Notes under the pieces: generated by a model
Database searches by the model: none
The model's input: the letters and a program-made list of their open reading frames with translations, nothing else
What the model was told of the DNA's origin: nothing
Shown: positions 48,136-61,050 of the stretch, piece by piece
Layout: every line of letters begins with the position of its first letter
Position numbering within the stretch: the stretch's first letter is position 1
Source of the DNA: Lama glama
Taxonomy: Eukaryota
Length of the DNA stretch: 64,000 nucleotides
Assembly (NCBI GenBank): GCA_028534125.1
Contig: CM052818.1
Coordinates: forward strand, 5,954,001 to 6,018,000
Direction of reading: 5' to 3'
Translations under genes and position numbers: made by a program

Positions 48136-48910
48136 GTACTTGGGGCCCAGTTATTTAAAAGACACAGGAAATACTCTCTAAAAACTATTTTCTAGGGTTA
48201 TATTTGCCTCTTCCTTAGTGGGACAAAAACTGGGCTTCCAGAACTTTACACAGAATGATTGTGAAAATTCTCATCCACATTCTGCGAGACCCCCTGAAGT
48301 CCCCAAGTATCCGTGACTGATCGTCCTCACTGACTTCTCTCTTCTCTGAACTGTGAAGACATGAACCTCTAAAAGGCGCTTCAAAAGCCTGATTCCCCAT
48401 TGAGAAAAACCTGGCAGCCATGGGGTGAGAGAATACATCTCTCAAAAGCTGCATCTTTACTTATTATTAAAATAATACTCTCTTTAGTAGGCTGGGAAAA
48501 ATGGAGATGGAGAGCCATTTCAAATATTGCATAAATCCTATGATAATAGTTTTGCCCATCTGCCACATGGTCTGTCTTTTGTACTTTGTTGAAAGATCAG
48601 AAGATGAAGTGGACCCTGGCAAGGACAGTCTGCAGAAGGACAAGATGTTTAAACCTGAGGAAAGGTAACGGGATATACTAAAATACATACATGCAAAACA
48701 ATGTGTGTGTGTAAGTTAAATTTTTTTTTCTAGTTTTCATGTCCTCTGGTGACACTACTTTTGGAATAAAATGGACATATAAGTTTGCATGGTGACTCCA
48801 CCATATATTTGTGTCTTTAACATGAGCAAGTTAAGGTTAAACTCTTTAAGTTTCCATTTACTCAACTCTTAAAGTACCTTCTTTTCTCATCTCTAAGAGA
48901 CCTACAAGAG

Positions 48911-48950
48911 GCATGCATGCGGGCGCGCGCGCACACACACACACACACAC
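48911..48950. repeat. (GC)n(AC)n microsatellite
   Basis: gcatgcatgcgggcgcgcgcgcacacacacacacacacac. Confidence 0.9.
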
Positions 48951-49324
48951 TTTCTCCCTTGGTTGTGAACATACACAGTAGCCTGTAGATGCTCTTGTCT
49001 TAAAAATGCACACAGTAAGCCTAAGAGAAATAATCTGGCACTCCCCAAAGAGATTTAGCACATGACTGATTTACTTATACAGACTGCAATGGGGAATGAG
49101 GCCAGAACCCATCAAGTGGTCTCTCTCTGTCTTCCCTTCCCAAGAGGCCTCCAAGGTATACGAGCAAAGTACCACCTTAAGGCTCTGTATCTCAATTGAG
49201 AAAACGACTCAGACCAGTGGATTATGTTGCTCCAAATCACAAAGAGCCAGAGCTAGACCTGAGAGTTCTGGCTTCTACCACAATGCCTATTCCACTGAAG
49301 ACCAGAGGATCTTAAACCTGGTTG

Positions 49325-49761
49325 CATGATTTGCTTCCATTATTGCACCCCCCCTCCCCCGCCCCGCACCAGATCCACGCTCCACTCTTTTCTGCCCTGT
49401 ATTGTCCTGGGTGGAGGGGAGCTGAACTTCCTGGACTGCTTCAAAAGTCTCCCTTAGCTCCTGGCTTCTCACTGGGTTAGGTCAATGAGGAGCACCAGCC
49501 TGGGGCCACGGACAGGGGAAGGATAATGTAGTGGGGTAGTCCTTCCCTGGCCGCCTTCCTGTGGATTCTGACACCTGCTCCCACCTTCAGCCTGGGGGTG
49601 AAACAGCACCCCACTTTTCCTGGCCCCAGGGCACTGCACTATCCCTTCTGGTTTCCCCCCACCCTGCTGGCATCTTTGTAAAAAGGCTTTTATTAAACCT
49701 CCTTCGGGTTACCCAAAGCCCAGTGTGCTGGTCATTTCCTGTCGGGACCATAACTGATACA
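49325..49761 (+). mobile_element. ERVL solo LTR (LTR33-like)
   Basis: tggcttctcactgggttaggtcaatgaggagcaccagc...tttgtaaaaaggcttttattaaac...tttcctgtcgggaccataactgataca (LTR33-type end ...ctgataca). Confidence 0.65.
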
Positions 49762-51689
49762 ATGGGGAGTTCTGAAGAAGTACAGGTACCTGGGGCTTCC
49801 CCAAACTCCTCAGGTGTGACTCTAGCTGGTAGTTGGGATGGCCGACTTCTGTGCTAAGTCACGATGGTGACTTTTGTTGTTACTGAATCACTGACACACA
49901 TGCACACCCATGTTCACGTTCACAGTAAGAATGGTAGAGCCTTCATCAAAAGGGAGCCAGTCTCGTGTGCTGAGCTGGCTAGATTCCGGTGATCTATGGT
50001 TTTTGAAAGCTACCAGTCAGGCTGATGTATGGATTGATAAATGTGCAAACACTCAAAATCCAGCAGCCTTGTAAACACATTCAAAATATTTACTTTCATG
50101 CTGTTCCTTTCTTCTTCTTCTAACACCCAAATGTCAGTTTTAATGGAAGCCACATCTCCCCATGTTGATTGGTTCATCTTGATTTTATTAAGGTTCAGCT
50201 TGGCTGCCCAGGAAGCTTTTCTAGTGTTTGAAACATTTATAAAAATGTATTTGGGAGGGGCGGGGAGGGAGATGAGGGAGGCGGGGGCAAAGGAAAAAAA
50301 AATCCCACTTTGCCTAAAGTAAGGCACAGTTTGTTGCCAAGATTTCATTAATTCAATAAATAAAAATACAAGTAAGCTCCAACTTCAACAAGCTCAAGTT
50401 TCCCTCCTAGCTGTGAAACCACAGCACCCCAATGGCTTCTAAATGTGTCAACACCTGACCTTCCCATCCCCAACTCACCCGTGGGGAGAACATGATTTAT
50501 GAGGTTGTCTGACCATCCCTGAAAAGGTTTTAAATATTATACTTTTATAATAAGTTTAGCTCTTTCATTCAGTGGTAAATGATTGTGGGTTCTTAGAGAA
50601 AAGGGTGAGTTTTTTGCGGGGAAAAAAAAAAAGATCTAAACTTGGAAGAGATCTGCCAACAGCTCTGTGGCACCTTATGGTGTGTGAGCTAATTACTTGC
50701 CCTAAGTTGCCTAGTAAACCGTCTTTGTTTGGGAAGGTTAAGTTTCATCTCTGTTCCAAAAACTCTGAGCCAGACAGGGAAGGGAAAAAATGATGGTGTC
50801 TGTGGTGAGGCTGGCAATGTTGCCCGCCGGCTGGTTATTTGGAAAGGTTTTAGAAGATGTGTTATGAGGCATGGTAATGTGTGTCATTTTTCATGACTGA
50901 AGTCAAAGGATTTAGCAGGTTGAGTCTGAGGACTTGGATTTGGCAGTGGAAAATACCAAATAATGTGTGAGCTTTGCATCCCACCGCTGCCTGGGCTCTC
51001 TTACTATCCGAGATGGAGGAAGAGGACGCTTTTTCTTGGATTGCCAAATGCAACAGAGTTAGAAGATGAGAAAGCTGGCTCACTCAGCTCTAAAGTCATT
51101 TTTATATAGAAGAAAAGTGAGTTTCGGTTGCTGAAGTCCCTCTGTTTCAAAGTTGTTAATGGAGAACATGAATGTCTTTGAAAAGAATAAAGTAAGTCAA
51201 AATGGTGGCAATCTCTCATTCTTAGAAAGAGAAAGTGACCCCCAAAGAAACAGAGTATGCAGCACCTTTCTAAGTTGTATTTTTGTTCTGGTTTCTCGGA
51301 AGTGTGGATTCAAGGGGAACTGAGGTTATTCCTAACCCTCCTAGCCAAGGATCCTTAGTTCCAAGTAATGGAAACTCACTTGAACTCGCTAAGACAAAGA
51401 CGCAATGCTTCTTGCAAGGACACAGGAGTATCTCATGGAACTCAACAGGCCAGATGGAGGTCGGTCATAGGGGAGGCCAGAACAGCAGCCAGACAGCCAC
51501 GAAGAGCCAAGGCACCTGTCCGTCTGTCTAGCTGTCTGCCTTTCTGGTCTCCTGCTTTACCTTCTCACTCCTTTCTGCTTCTCTCATCTCATCCTGCAAG
51601 CTGGATTTCTCTCCTTATTCAGGTCCAAGGCTGAAGAGGACCATTCCACACAGCAGTGTCTTCGTTTCCAAAATCACTTGGCTCAAGGT

Positions 51690-51825
51690 TTTGTTACAGG
51701 TAACAAAACTGAGGCAGAGAGATTAAATGACGTGTCCAAACTTACATAGCAAATGAGTAGTAGAGATGGGTTTCAGATCCAGGCAGCCTGGCTCCAGAGT
51801 CTGTGTGCTCTTAACTAGGGCTGTT
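51690..51825 (-). mobile_element. MIR SINE
   Basis: aaactgaggcagagagattaaatgacgtgtccaa...gggtttcagatccaggcagcctggctccagagtctgtgtgctcttaac. Confidence 0.8.
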
Positions 51826-52972
51826 TCTCTCCCTGAATCCCAAAGCCATCTCCCAGCAGAGAGAATGTGGCTGGCATCTTTTGGATTGGATGGGCTTCCC
51901 ACTGCAATCAGCCCTGGCCGAGGTGGTGATAGATGGACCTCAGCAGGACCACATGGCACAACATAAGTTATAATAGGGCCCGTCTCAGGGCTGGTAAGGA
52001 ATCCGTTTTCACAGATGGGGGTTGGGGATTGGACAAATGCCCCAAAGCCTTCCACACGACTCTCTGAAAATGTTTACGCTCTTTGAGCTAAGTCACGGGA
52101 CAGTAAAGCAATACAGAATTAAAGGTCATTAAAATATGTGAAGCACAGAGAATTTTCCTGGACATGATTTTTTTTCAAAGGGGCAAACCTGTATATGACT
52201 GGTTATTTTACTTCTTTCCAGAATTCTCTAGAGATGGAGATTTTAAATTTCCTGCACAGCCACTCAGCCCCCAGGTTCCTGCAGTTTGGGAGCTCTTCTC
52301 CCAGTCTAACCTAGATGCCTCTAAAGGCAGCTGAAACTGATTTCTTTGTGTTGCTTTCAGGGTAAACTGTGCACAAAAGGAACATGTGAGGATATTCTGA
52401 AGTAATCTGTTTTTTTGGCTGAGTGTCACACTGACTTAATTAGAAAATCTTATCAAAAGACTAATAACAAAGGCATAAAAAATTCCTGGAATTATGTGTC
52501 TGGAAAGAGTTTCATTAATTTATGTTTCAAATATATAAATAAGTACATAAGTGAGGAAAGCATTCCAAATCTGAGAGAATATTGGCTCCAAAACAGAAAT
52601 GATGGGGAAGATAAAACTGTGAACTGAGAAATAGGCAATTTTGGGTACATACTTCTGACCCTCACCTCATAAATGCCCTAATGCATGAGGCACTGGCCCA
52701 TATGGAAATTTTGATGCATTCAACACTTTCCTAATACAAAATTCCATCGAATGTATATAATATTCTGCCACGGCAAATGAACGAAGTAAAAAGAAAAATA
52801 AAACAAGATATGCTCATTTTATTCTAAATTATCCAAAGATGTTTTTAGCTTACGCTCTCCTTCTCGAACTTTCTTGATTTTGGCTTCTAATAATCTTTTC
52901 ACTTTTTGCAGGCCCATTTCTTTTCTATTGTGGCCAAATAATTAGCTGATGGTTTCCACCCCCCCACCCCTT

Positions 52973-52974
<2 letters not shown>

Positions 52975-53003
<29 letters not shown>
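52975..53003. repeat. (AC)n microsatellite
   Basis: Perfect AC run. Confidence 0.95.
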
Positions 53004-53006
<3 letters not shown>

Positions 53007-53289
53007 CACACGCTTCTTGGGTCTATGCCTTGCCATTTTCCCTGCAATCTTGGTTTGGGTCAATTCCACGCCAGGCTCAAGCTACAACAATAAGCAGGCT
53101 CCTGGTCATCCTAGGCCATGTTTCCAGTCCCAGAAAACAAAGGCAGTCGGCTTCCACAGGGAGCACTCCCACCACGTCTCTTTGTAACGGCTTCTCACTA
53201 CCCTGTAGAACTAATGGAAGCTGCAACCTAGCTTCAGCCAGCCCTCTGTGACCTCTCAAACTTCCCCCATTTAACTAGAAAGTTGCATT

Positions 53290-53345
53290 TCACTCCAGCC
53301 TCCACCTGTGACATCACTCCAGCTTCCACCTATGACATCACTCCA
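53290..53345. repeat. 24-bp tandem duplication (~2.3 copies)
   Basis: cactccagcctccacctgtgacat / cactccagcttccacctatgacat / cactcca. Confidence 0.9.
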
Positions 53346-56300
53346 ACGCTGCTGAGCAACCAGCCCTCCCTTTTGATTTCTCTTGAGAATCCCATCTGAC
53401 TTCAGAATGATATGGACCAGGGATGTTCACATGGATGAGCTTAAGAACCAACCTCCTGTTCTACCTGAAGTGAGAAAAGTCTTCAACCACCCATCATCCC
53501 ACAAAGTACAGAAAAGAAAAGAGAAAGTAACACTTTTTTCTGTGTCTATATATAATACTTTCCAGTTGTCACCATTTTACACACAACCTCTCATTTCAGA
53601 ATCAAATAGCATCTCTCTGAAACAGGCAGGATATGTAATGTTTTTGCTGCTCTCTGACAGATAGGGAATCTGAGATCTTTTGATTTCAGGTCTATTCCAC
53701 TCCATATCTCCTGGAATTAGAACCTACTTCATAGACACCAAAGCCTTGGTCAAATGCTCTAGCGACAAGGCTAGAATGCTCTCCCAGCAGCGATGGCTGC
53801 ACAGTTACACACTACAAACATTGGATTCATCTATTCAACCAATAACCATTGAGTCCAGGTGCCGGCCACTGAGCTAGTATTTGGGATGCTTATATTCTTT
53901 CTTCCAGCTTGCTGGGAGTATTTGCTGAAGACCTTGGCAGAAGTTGGGAGCCGAGAATTTTAAGGGCATTGAGCTTGAGGCCACAGACAGCCCCGCACAG
54001 GGCAGGGTCAGTGGCCCTGACCATACAGTCTTGCCTACAGATGCCCCTGGATTTACACAATGCCATCTGTTCCCTTGGGGCATCTCCTTCATTGATTCCT
54101 TTGCCTCCAGCTTCTGTATTAGCCAATAACTCCCCCCAACACGTCCTTCCCCTACTTTTCTGCCTCTCACTGATGCTCAGGGTTCTCCCTGCCCCCAGTC
54201 CCTTCCACTCATGGAAAAAGCTCATGGAACCAGCTCATTTAGAACTCTCCTCTTCCAGGAATTTTTTTTCTTTCACAAAGCACAGTGCTTAAGGAGGGCA
54301 ACATTTAGTTCACATACATGAATTAGGAGTTGAATTTCAGGTAAGTTTTCCTTGATCAGGATGGGAGGGTTGAGCTACAAGGCGATTTTTGGCTGAAGGA
54401 AGCCTTCCTGAGGCAGCTCAAGATACCTTGGAGAGTCCAAACCATTCTGTCTACTTCCAGGGCCAGCTCTGCGGGAAAGTTTCAGTGTGTTCCCAACAGA
54501 GAAGGGCCTGGGACTTGAATGACCTGAGTTGTCTGCAATATTGACTTCTGGGATTTGTTTTAAAACTTCATCTGTCCCCAGCCCCAAGTTCTCTGGCATC
54601 TGTGGACAAGCACTTTTCTTAGAGGAAGCTTTTGTGGTCGTGTTGGCCTTGACTTTCATTTCCCTGGACGCAGCAGTACGGTGTAGGAGGGGTCTGGCAG
54701 CACAGCTGGTGCCATCCTGCGTGTGTAGATGATGACTTTGGAAAAGACACATTCTCTGGGAACAGGGGGGAAGGCCGTACAAAGGAGGCGTCCGTTCAGG
54801 CCAGCTGTGTCGAGTGGAGGGTGCAGCGTGCCAGGACGGGGCGTGAAGGACCTGGCATTCTCTCTGCTCTGTTCCTTCTGGGGCTGACCTTCCCCAGGCA
54901 TTTCCCCTCTCTGGGTCTCAGGTTGTTCATCTGAGCTTGGAATATCCCAAACCTTTACGTTTTCTTATGAGCTCTTAGATTCTGGGATTCCTTGGACTTT
55001 GCTCTTAATCCATTCTTTATGACTCTGGTTTCACCAGAAACTCTTTGTGAAGAACAAGGCCCAGCTGCGGGAGGCGTCAGTGAGAGACATCAAGTCAGAT
55101 CGAGAGCGTGGGGAGCAGGAAAGAACCGTGCCCTGTGTCCTGGGCACCACTAGTGCTCATGGTTCTCAACTGTCTGGAGGCCTGGCAGGTAGCAGGTAAT
55201 AGGTGAGGTGCCAGATCTATGGCAAAAGGAAACTGTGAAGCTCGCTGGAAGCCGGTGAGTGCATGCCCCACCTTAGGGCGCTCAAATTCACGTCTTTTAA
55301 GCACAACACCTGCCGAACAACACAAATCTGTGGGTTGGCTTGTCCCCAAGGGTGGCAAGTGTGAGACCCCACACCATCTCCAGAATTAGAGAAAACACTT
55401 TCCCTGAAGGCAGCCAATTTGTCTGTCACCAGCCAAGAAATTTTTCTTTTCAGAAATTCAGATCAGTGGATTCCATTTCAATCAGAGGCTTTGCATGGAA
55501 TCCAAATGCAGAGACAAACAGGACAGACCAGGCAGGAAGGAGCTTAAAAACTCACAGCCCATCTGGATCACAGGAGGCCCCAAGCATCAGACCCCAAAGC
55601 TGGTTCTGCCGTTCACTGGAAAAGCCTGCCTGCAGTCCAAATGGTCCCCAGTTGCCTTCTGAACTGAGCAGTCCCTGGGAGCTGGGCCCAGTCACATAGG
55701 AGTGTGGCTTTTCAGATGAGAGAACAGCAGGCAAGAAATGGAGACTTCTTGCTAAGCCCCATTAACGTTTTAATAGAGCTTAAAGCAACGGTTCTCTTTG
55801 AAAATGCTTTACTCATAATTGACCAATTGTCATTAGATATAGTTACACTCCGTGGCATCTTATTAGAAGGAGCTTGTTTGAAACCCCGTCCCCAAGCATT
55901 CATAGTAAATTCCTAACAGATGATGTCATAACAGGCCGTTACAATCCGGGAGATGTAGATACCATTAAAGCAATGTGTGTGCCTTTTTGGTACTGAAACA
56001 TCTAACTTTATTATGAAGTTTGCTATAAAATCTGCTATGATGTATTTAATAACGTTAAAGCGTTTATTCTTTAATATTGAAGTCACACTGCCCCTGCGAC
56101 GCCTGTAACTCCTGCCACAAATGAGAATTGCTAAATCTATCAGCTCAGCTTTTAAACACTTCCTTAAGAGATTTCTTTCTTTCTTCTTTCCTCTTCTTCA
56201 TTGCTTTTTTTTTTTTGCTATGAAAAAGCAGATGTTCTAAAGCTACAAGTAACTGAAAACCAGCAATATATGCTCAAAGGCTGAAACCTAATATTTATGA

Positions 56301-58239
56301 TAAGCTGATCCAATGAGAAATGTCTCCCCAGTGACCCTGGTCATGAAGTGGGAACCCACATGGTCACTGGTCCTGGTGAGACAGTTGTCATTTATCAGAA
56401 ACCGTGCCCTGTGATTCTCAATTAGGGACTTTCCTGACATCAGCAGCTCTCCACCTACTTGAGACAAAAAGCAAAATTAAGATGAAATCCATCCTTACCG
56501 CATCACATTCCATTGGCTTTACAATTGCCATATAAGGCAGCTATTATGGATTCCATGATTTATGTCCGGAGATTTGGGCTTTGGGGTGGCGGTGGCTCTC
56601 CCTTTTGCCTCTATCACTACAGCAAACATTAAGTTTTCTAATAAATCCTTCAGGAAGAAATCACTGTCATAAATATGCATTTCTCATGGCTAATGAGAGC
56701 CAGAGGTATTTATATTCAGACCAGTGGCAAAAAATAAGAGAAAGACTGGTATTCCCTAGAAGAAACCGTAAAATTCAGATTGTGATAGGGACTTGAATTG
56801 CTAACGCTGGACTTCCGGGGAATGTGTGCATGTCGGGGAGGAATTACAGCCTCCCCCAAGAGGCTCTCACCCCTCAGCCAAACATGCTCTGTATATTCCA
56901 TCACTTGCAGATTAATTTGATATAACAAAGTCCTCTTTCAAAAGGCAAACATTCCTTAGAAGGGTTAAGCCTGTGGATTATTATTTTGGGGTACACTAGA
57001 TTACCGGTAGTGATCTTTAGGAGATTCTCTTTAGTCTACCAGATATCTGAGAGAGTACCCATTGGGTATAAAACAGAGCACCATGTCTGTCACAGGGGTT
57101 ATAGGAACGAATATTGTCCAAAGCCTCTTAACAGCTCTTCTGAGGAGATACTCCAGGTTCCCAATAAAAAGTTTTTTCAGGTAACTCAAGTAAAAGGCTC
57201 CTGCTCCTCCTTGTCCTCCAGAACCCTCTGGATCTTTCTTATTGATCCTGTTTCTTACTGTTCTCATTGAGACACTGGATCTTCAATTTCCCCCAAGCCT
57301 GCCCTCTCCACCTGAAATTTCCTAATCCCGTAACTCCGTATGCCAGCTCTCGCTCTTCTAGAACCCTATTTGGGCCAGAGCCCTGGGCTTCCACTCGCCA
57401 AGATGAAACGTTTCGATCTGGTCAGATGGAAAAGACGGTGTTTCTGGACGTCCAGCACTACTCAGCCCGCAATGTCAGAGGGAACACTGATTCCCCACTC
57501 TAGTAAATCCATGAGTGGGATTCCATGCAGACTCAGCCCTGGGGTTCTCCTCTCACCCCTCATTACTGACCACCCGTGACCCTACTTCCAAGGGGAGGGG
57601 AAATTAACTGATTGTGAGTGGGAAGGAAAAGCGGGCATCCGTGGCTCGGGGCTTTCTTTCCTCCTTTATCTGGACCCACCTGTCTGCAGAAGGGAGGATC
57701 TATCTGTCTGGGGCCATGAGTAAGGGGTCTGCCTGCCCCTGGAGGTGAGGCCTGTAATTCAGGAGAGGATGTCAGGTCCAGTTCAACAGTGTTAGCAAGC
57801 CCATTTGGCTTCACACCCAAGCCACATTCTTTAACTCACCTTTAATGAGTAAAAAGCTGATACTTGGATTTCTACTTGTCCAACCTCTATGTCTACCTCT
57901 CATCTGCTCTGAACTCTGCAGGGAAGAGGGCTGTTTCACTTGGGCAACCTAGAAGCTAGCACTTTCACAACTTGCACGCTACAGGTGGTTCCGACTCCAC
58001 CCTGTGCTCCAGGTCTGTCTCCTGCAGCATTTACTTGGAGACACATTCCTTCAAAGCAGATGCAGGGTATTTCCACAGGCTGCTCTGGAAATCTTGCCGG
58101 GTACACTGCCATCCAATCCCACTCCTCATGGGAGAAATGCTCCTTCTTGGACACAAGTAGGCAGAGTGATCTGATTAAATCCTTCCTCGTGAAATGTTAG
58201 GGAAGTGATACTACATTCCCCTTCTCAGAAGTGTTTGTC

Positions 58240-58542
58240 CAGAAACAGACTTACGGACACAGAGAACAAAATTATGGTTACCGGCTGGGGGAGACGGCAG
58301 AGGGCGTGGGAAGGGATAAATTGGGAGTTTGAGATTTGCAGATGCTAATGGCTATATATAAAATAGATAAACAAGTTTCTAGTGTATACCACTATATTCA
58401 GTATCCTGTAGTAACCTATAATGAAAAAGAGCATGAAAAGGAATGTATGCATGCATATGGATGACCAAAACTTCATGCTGAACACCAGAAATGGACACAA
58501 GTTGTAAACTGACTATCCTTCCATAAAAAGTGCAAATAAAAT
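58240..58542 (+). mobile_element. 5'-truncated LINE-1 3'UTR
   Basis: cagaaacagacttacggacacagagaacaaaattatggttacc...gggaagggataaattgggagtttgagatttgcaga..., with TSD agaagtgtttgtc (58227-58239) / agaagcattcgtc (58543-58555). Confidence 0.9.
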
Positions 58543-58809
58543 AGAAGCATTCGTCATGATTTTACTGGAGGATCACAGGAGGAACTGGCTGACCAAAAGT
58601 GATGCATGGTAGGGGCAGAATTTCAGGCTTACCTGAGCCAGATATTTGGGAACAAACCTAATCACCCTGCACTAAGGATGGAAAGCTTAACTGCTCACAG
58701 ATATCAGGCGGGTAACAGAAATGGCTTCAGCTTCTGAGGACAAAAAACCAACAGCTCAAGTACAATGATAACTGGCAACTGGGATTCGACATTAAGAAAT
58801 AATACATAG

Positions 58810-59090
58810 GTTTGTTTTCTCCGGGGGGGGGGGAGAGGGTGGGAAGGGATAAACTGGGAGTTCGAGATTTGCAGATACTGACTACTATTTATAAAATAGA
58901 TAAACAAGTTCATACTGTATAGCACATACTGTATATTCAATATCTTGTAGTAACTTATGGTGTAAAAGAATATGAAAATGAACACATGTATGTTCATGTG
59001 TGACTGAAGCATTCTGCTGTAAACCAGAAACTGACACAACATTGTAAGCTGACTAGACTTTAATTTAAAACATACATATATATACAGAAA
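58810..59090 (+). mobile_element. 5'-truncated LINE-1 3'UTR with short 5' inversion
   Basis: gggtgggaagggataaactgggagttcgagatttgcagatactg...acacaacattgtaagctgactag, with a 16-bp TSD aagaaataataca(t/g)ag at 58794-58809 and 59091-59106. Confidence 0.9.
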
Positions 59091-60937
59091 AAGAAATAAT
59101 ACAGAGCAGAAGAGACTCAGGCAAGCTACACACCGGGGACAACAAAGAGCTTCAGTCAGTGTACAGCAAAAGGATTTATTTAAATCCCTTATTTAAAAGA
59201 GGCAGCCTCCACTCAGTGCCAAAATAGGGTCACTGTGCAGAATGGGGTTAATGGATCATTTGCATGTTCAAGAAAGACAAGTCATAAATGTGGATTTTTT
59301 TATGTAAAAATGCATCCTCCTTCAATATTTGCAATGAATTCATTAAGAAAGGAAGATCAAGCAACAACAATAACAGTGACCACCCCTCCCACCCACTGCT
59401 GACTGTGTGCAGAGGTGTGAGCCTGTCCTCAGGCCCAGGCAGGCCCAGGGACGCTCTTTTCCCCCTCTGGCCATCACTGAGCCTGGCCTTCCCTCTCCCC
59501 TCCCTTCCCTCCTGGACGTCAGTTAAACTCTGGCATTCCTAATTCTGATTTTTAAAGTCACCATGAAAACCTTCAAGGAGATGAGCAGAGGCTCATTTTC
59601 AATAGCATGAACTCCAGCTAGCCTAAAAAAAAAAGGCTTGTTTTCCAGCCATGAACAGCTACTAACACCACCTTTAATGTATGCTGTAGCTGGTGCCTTC
59701 TGATGTTACTTTTTTTAAAAAAGTTGAATTATACTGAAGGAAAAAAAAAAGATGGAATTATTATAAAATTCAGGCTTTTTCAAAGCACACAATTTTCCAC
59801 CATGGACTCTAACATCTTTAAAGGCTAAAACACCTGAAAAAAACCTGGGAGTAAGAATGAATCTTTTAAATTATAGCCTTTATCAGCATTCCTGGTGTCT
59901 CTCTCTTCCGCCTCCCTCAGGATTTCACCTTGAAACTTAGCAACTTTATCCTTCTTACAACTTACTCCTCCAAGATGAAATGGGTTCAATAACTTGGTCT
60001 AAAGGAATCTTTGAAATGTTCATCTTAACAAACCAAAATAAAAAGAAGGCGAATTCCCCTACCCCATTGGGTACCTGATGAAAAGGCCCTGTAGGTTTTA
60101 CTTAGAGAACCACAAGGAAATGTGGCCTGCGTACTGAAGAGCCCACATGTGTACAAGGGAAGCAGGCAGTGCTCTGTCTGGACCTCATTAGGGGCCTGGT
60201 GCTGTTTGCATAAGAGGCTGGTCAGCACCATGGCGTGGGAGGGGTCCCCACTGCAAAGGGTGATGGAGTTTGATGCAAACCAAAGGACAGTGATGACATT
60301 CTCCTCAGAACCCCCACCAGAGAGGAGAGCTTTATAGAGACCAAGTGCTTAAGGACATTTAATTTTATGGGGACAAAACAAGCCGCTATGGTAGTGGGCA
60401 GGCAGGTAAGAATGAGACACAATCAAATGACTGAGGATCAGGGCCAAGGAAGGGGGTGAATCAATTAGCATCTTTTGACCAACTTAAGCAGATTCCTCGT
60501 TTGACCCTTCAGAAGGTACGTTGTTTGGCTTAACCCCCCTGCCTACTGGTGTCTGGGTGTGTATTTCTGTCCTGAGAACCACTGGTTTTGACATAATTCA
60601 GCTCTTCTGGAGAGCTGCGCTGCTGTAAAATGCATTCAAAATGCCTGGTTCTGCAGATGCATTTGTTTGAGAAATTGATTTCTGGATACAGAAGCTATCA
60701 AACACCTCTCTTTGCAACCTTCTTCGTGGGTGAAGGAGGTTTGGGCTTATAACCCAGTTGCATCTGGGCAGATTAACACCTAGCTACTCACGAACCTAGA
60801 ACAAAACATGGTGGGGAAGGGAAGGGAGGCAAGTACTTTTCAAGGCAGTTCAACAAATTATTTAGAGATTCCTGTCTTAAAGGAGTTGATAGCTCAGGAA
60901 ACAGTGGGTCATGATGCACTGACTGGGGTGTTTAATT

Positions 60938-61050
60938 AGACTGCGCGCACCGCCGGGCTTGCCTGGAACACTCCTAGTTTCCACCTTTTGCCCCAGTGTC
61001 CTGGTTACTCGAAGTGTTCCTTTTGGACAATAAATGACATGGTCACCAGA
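60938..61050. mobile_element. MER94-like hAT-Blackjack element
   Basis: ccgggcttgcctggaacactcctagtttcc...aagtgttccttttggacaataaatgacatggtcacc. Confidence 0.6.

Noticed and set aside
53290..53345. Short direct repeats as a CRISPR-like array
   Set aside because: This is eukaryotic DNA; the repeats are contiguous with no spacers and no cas genes are present.
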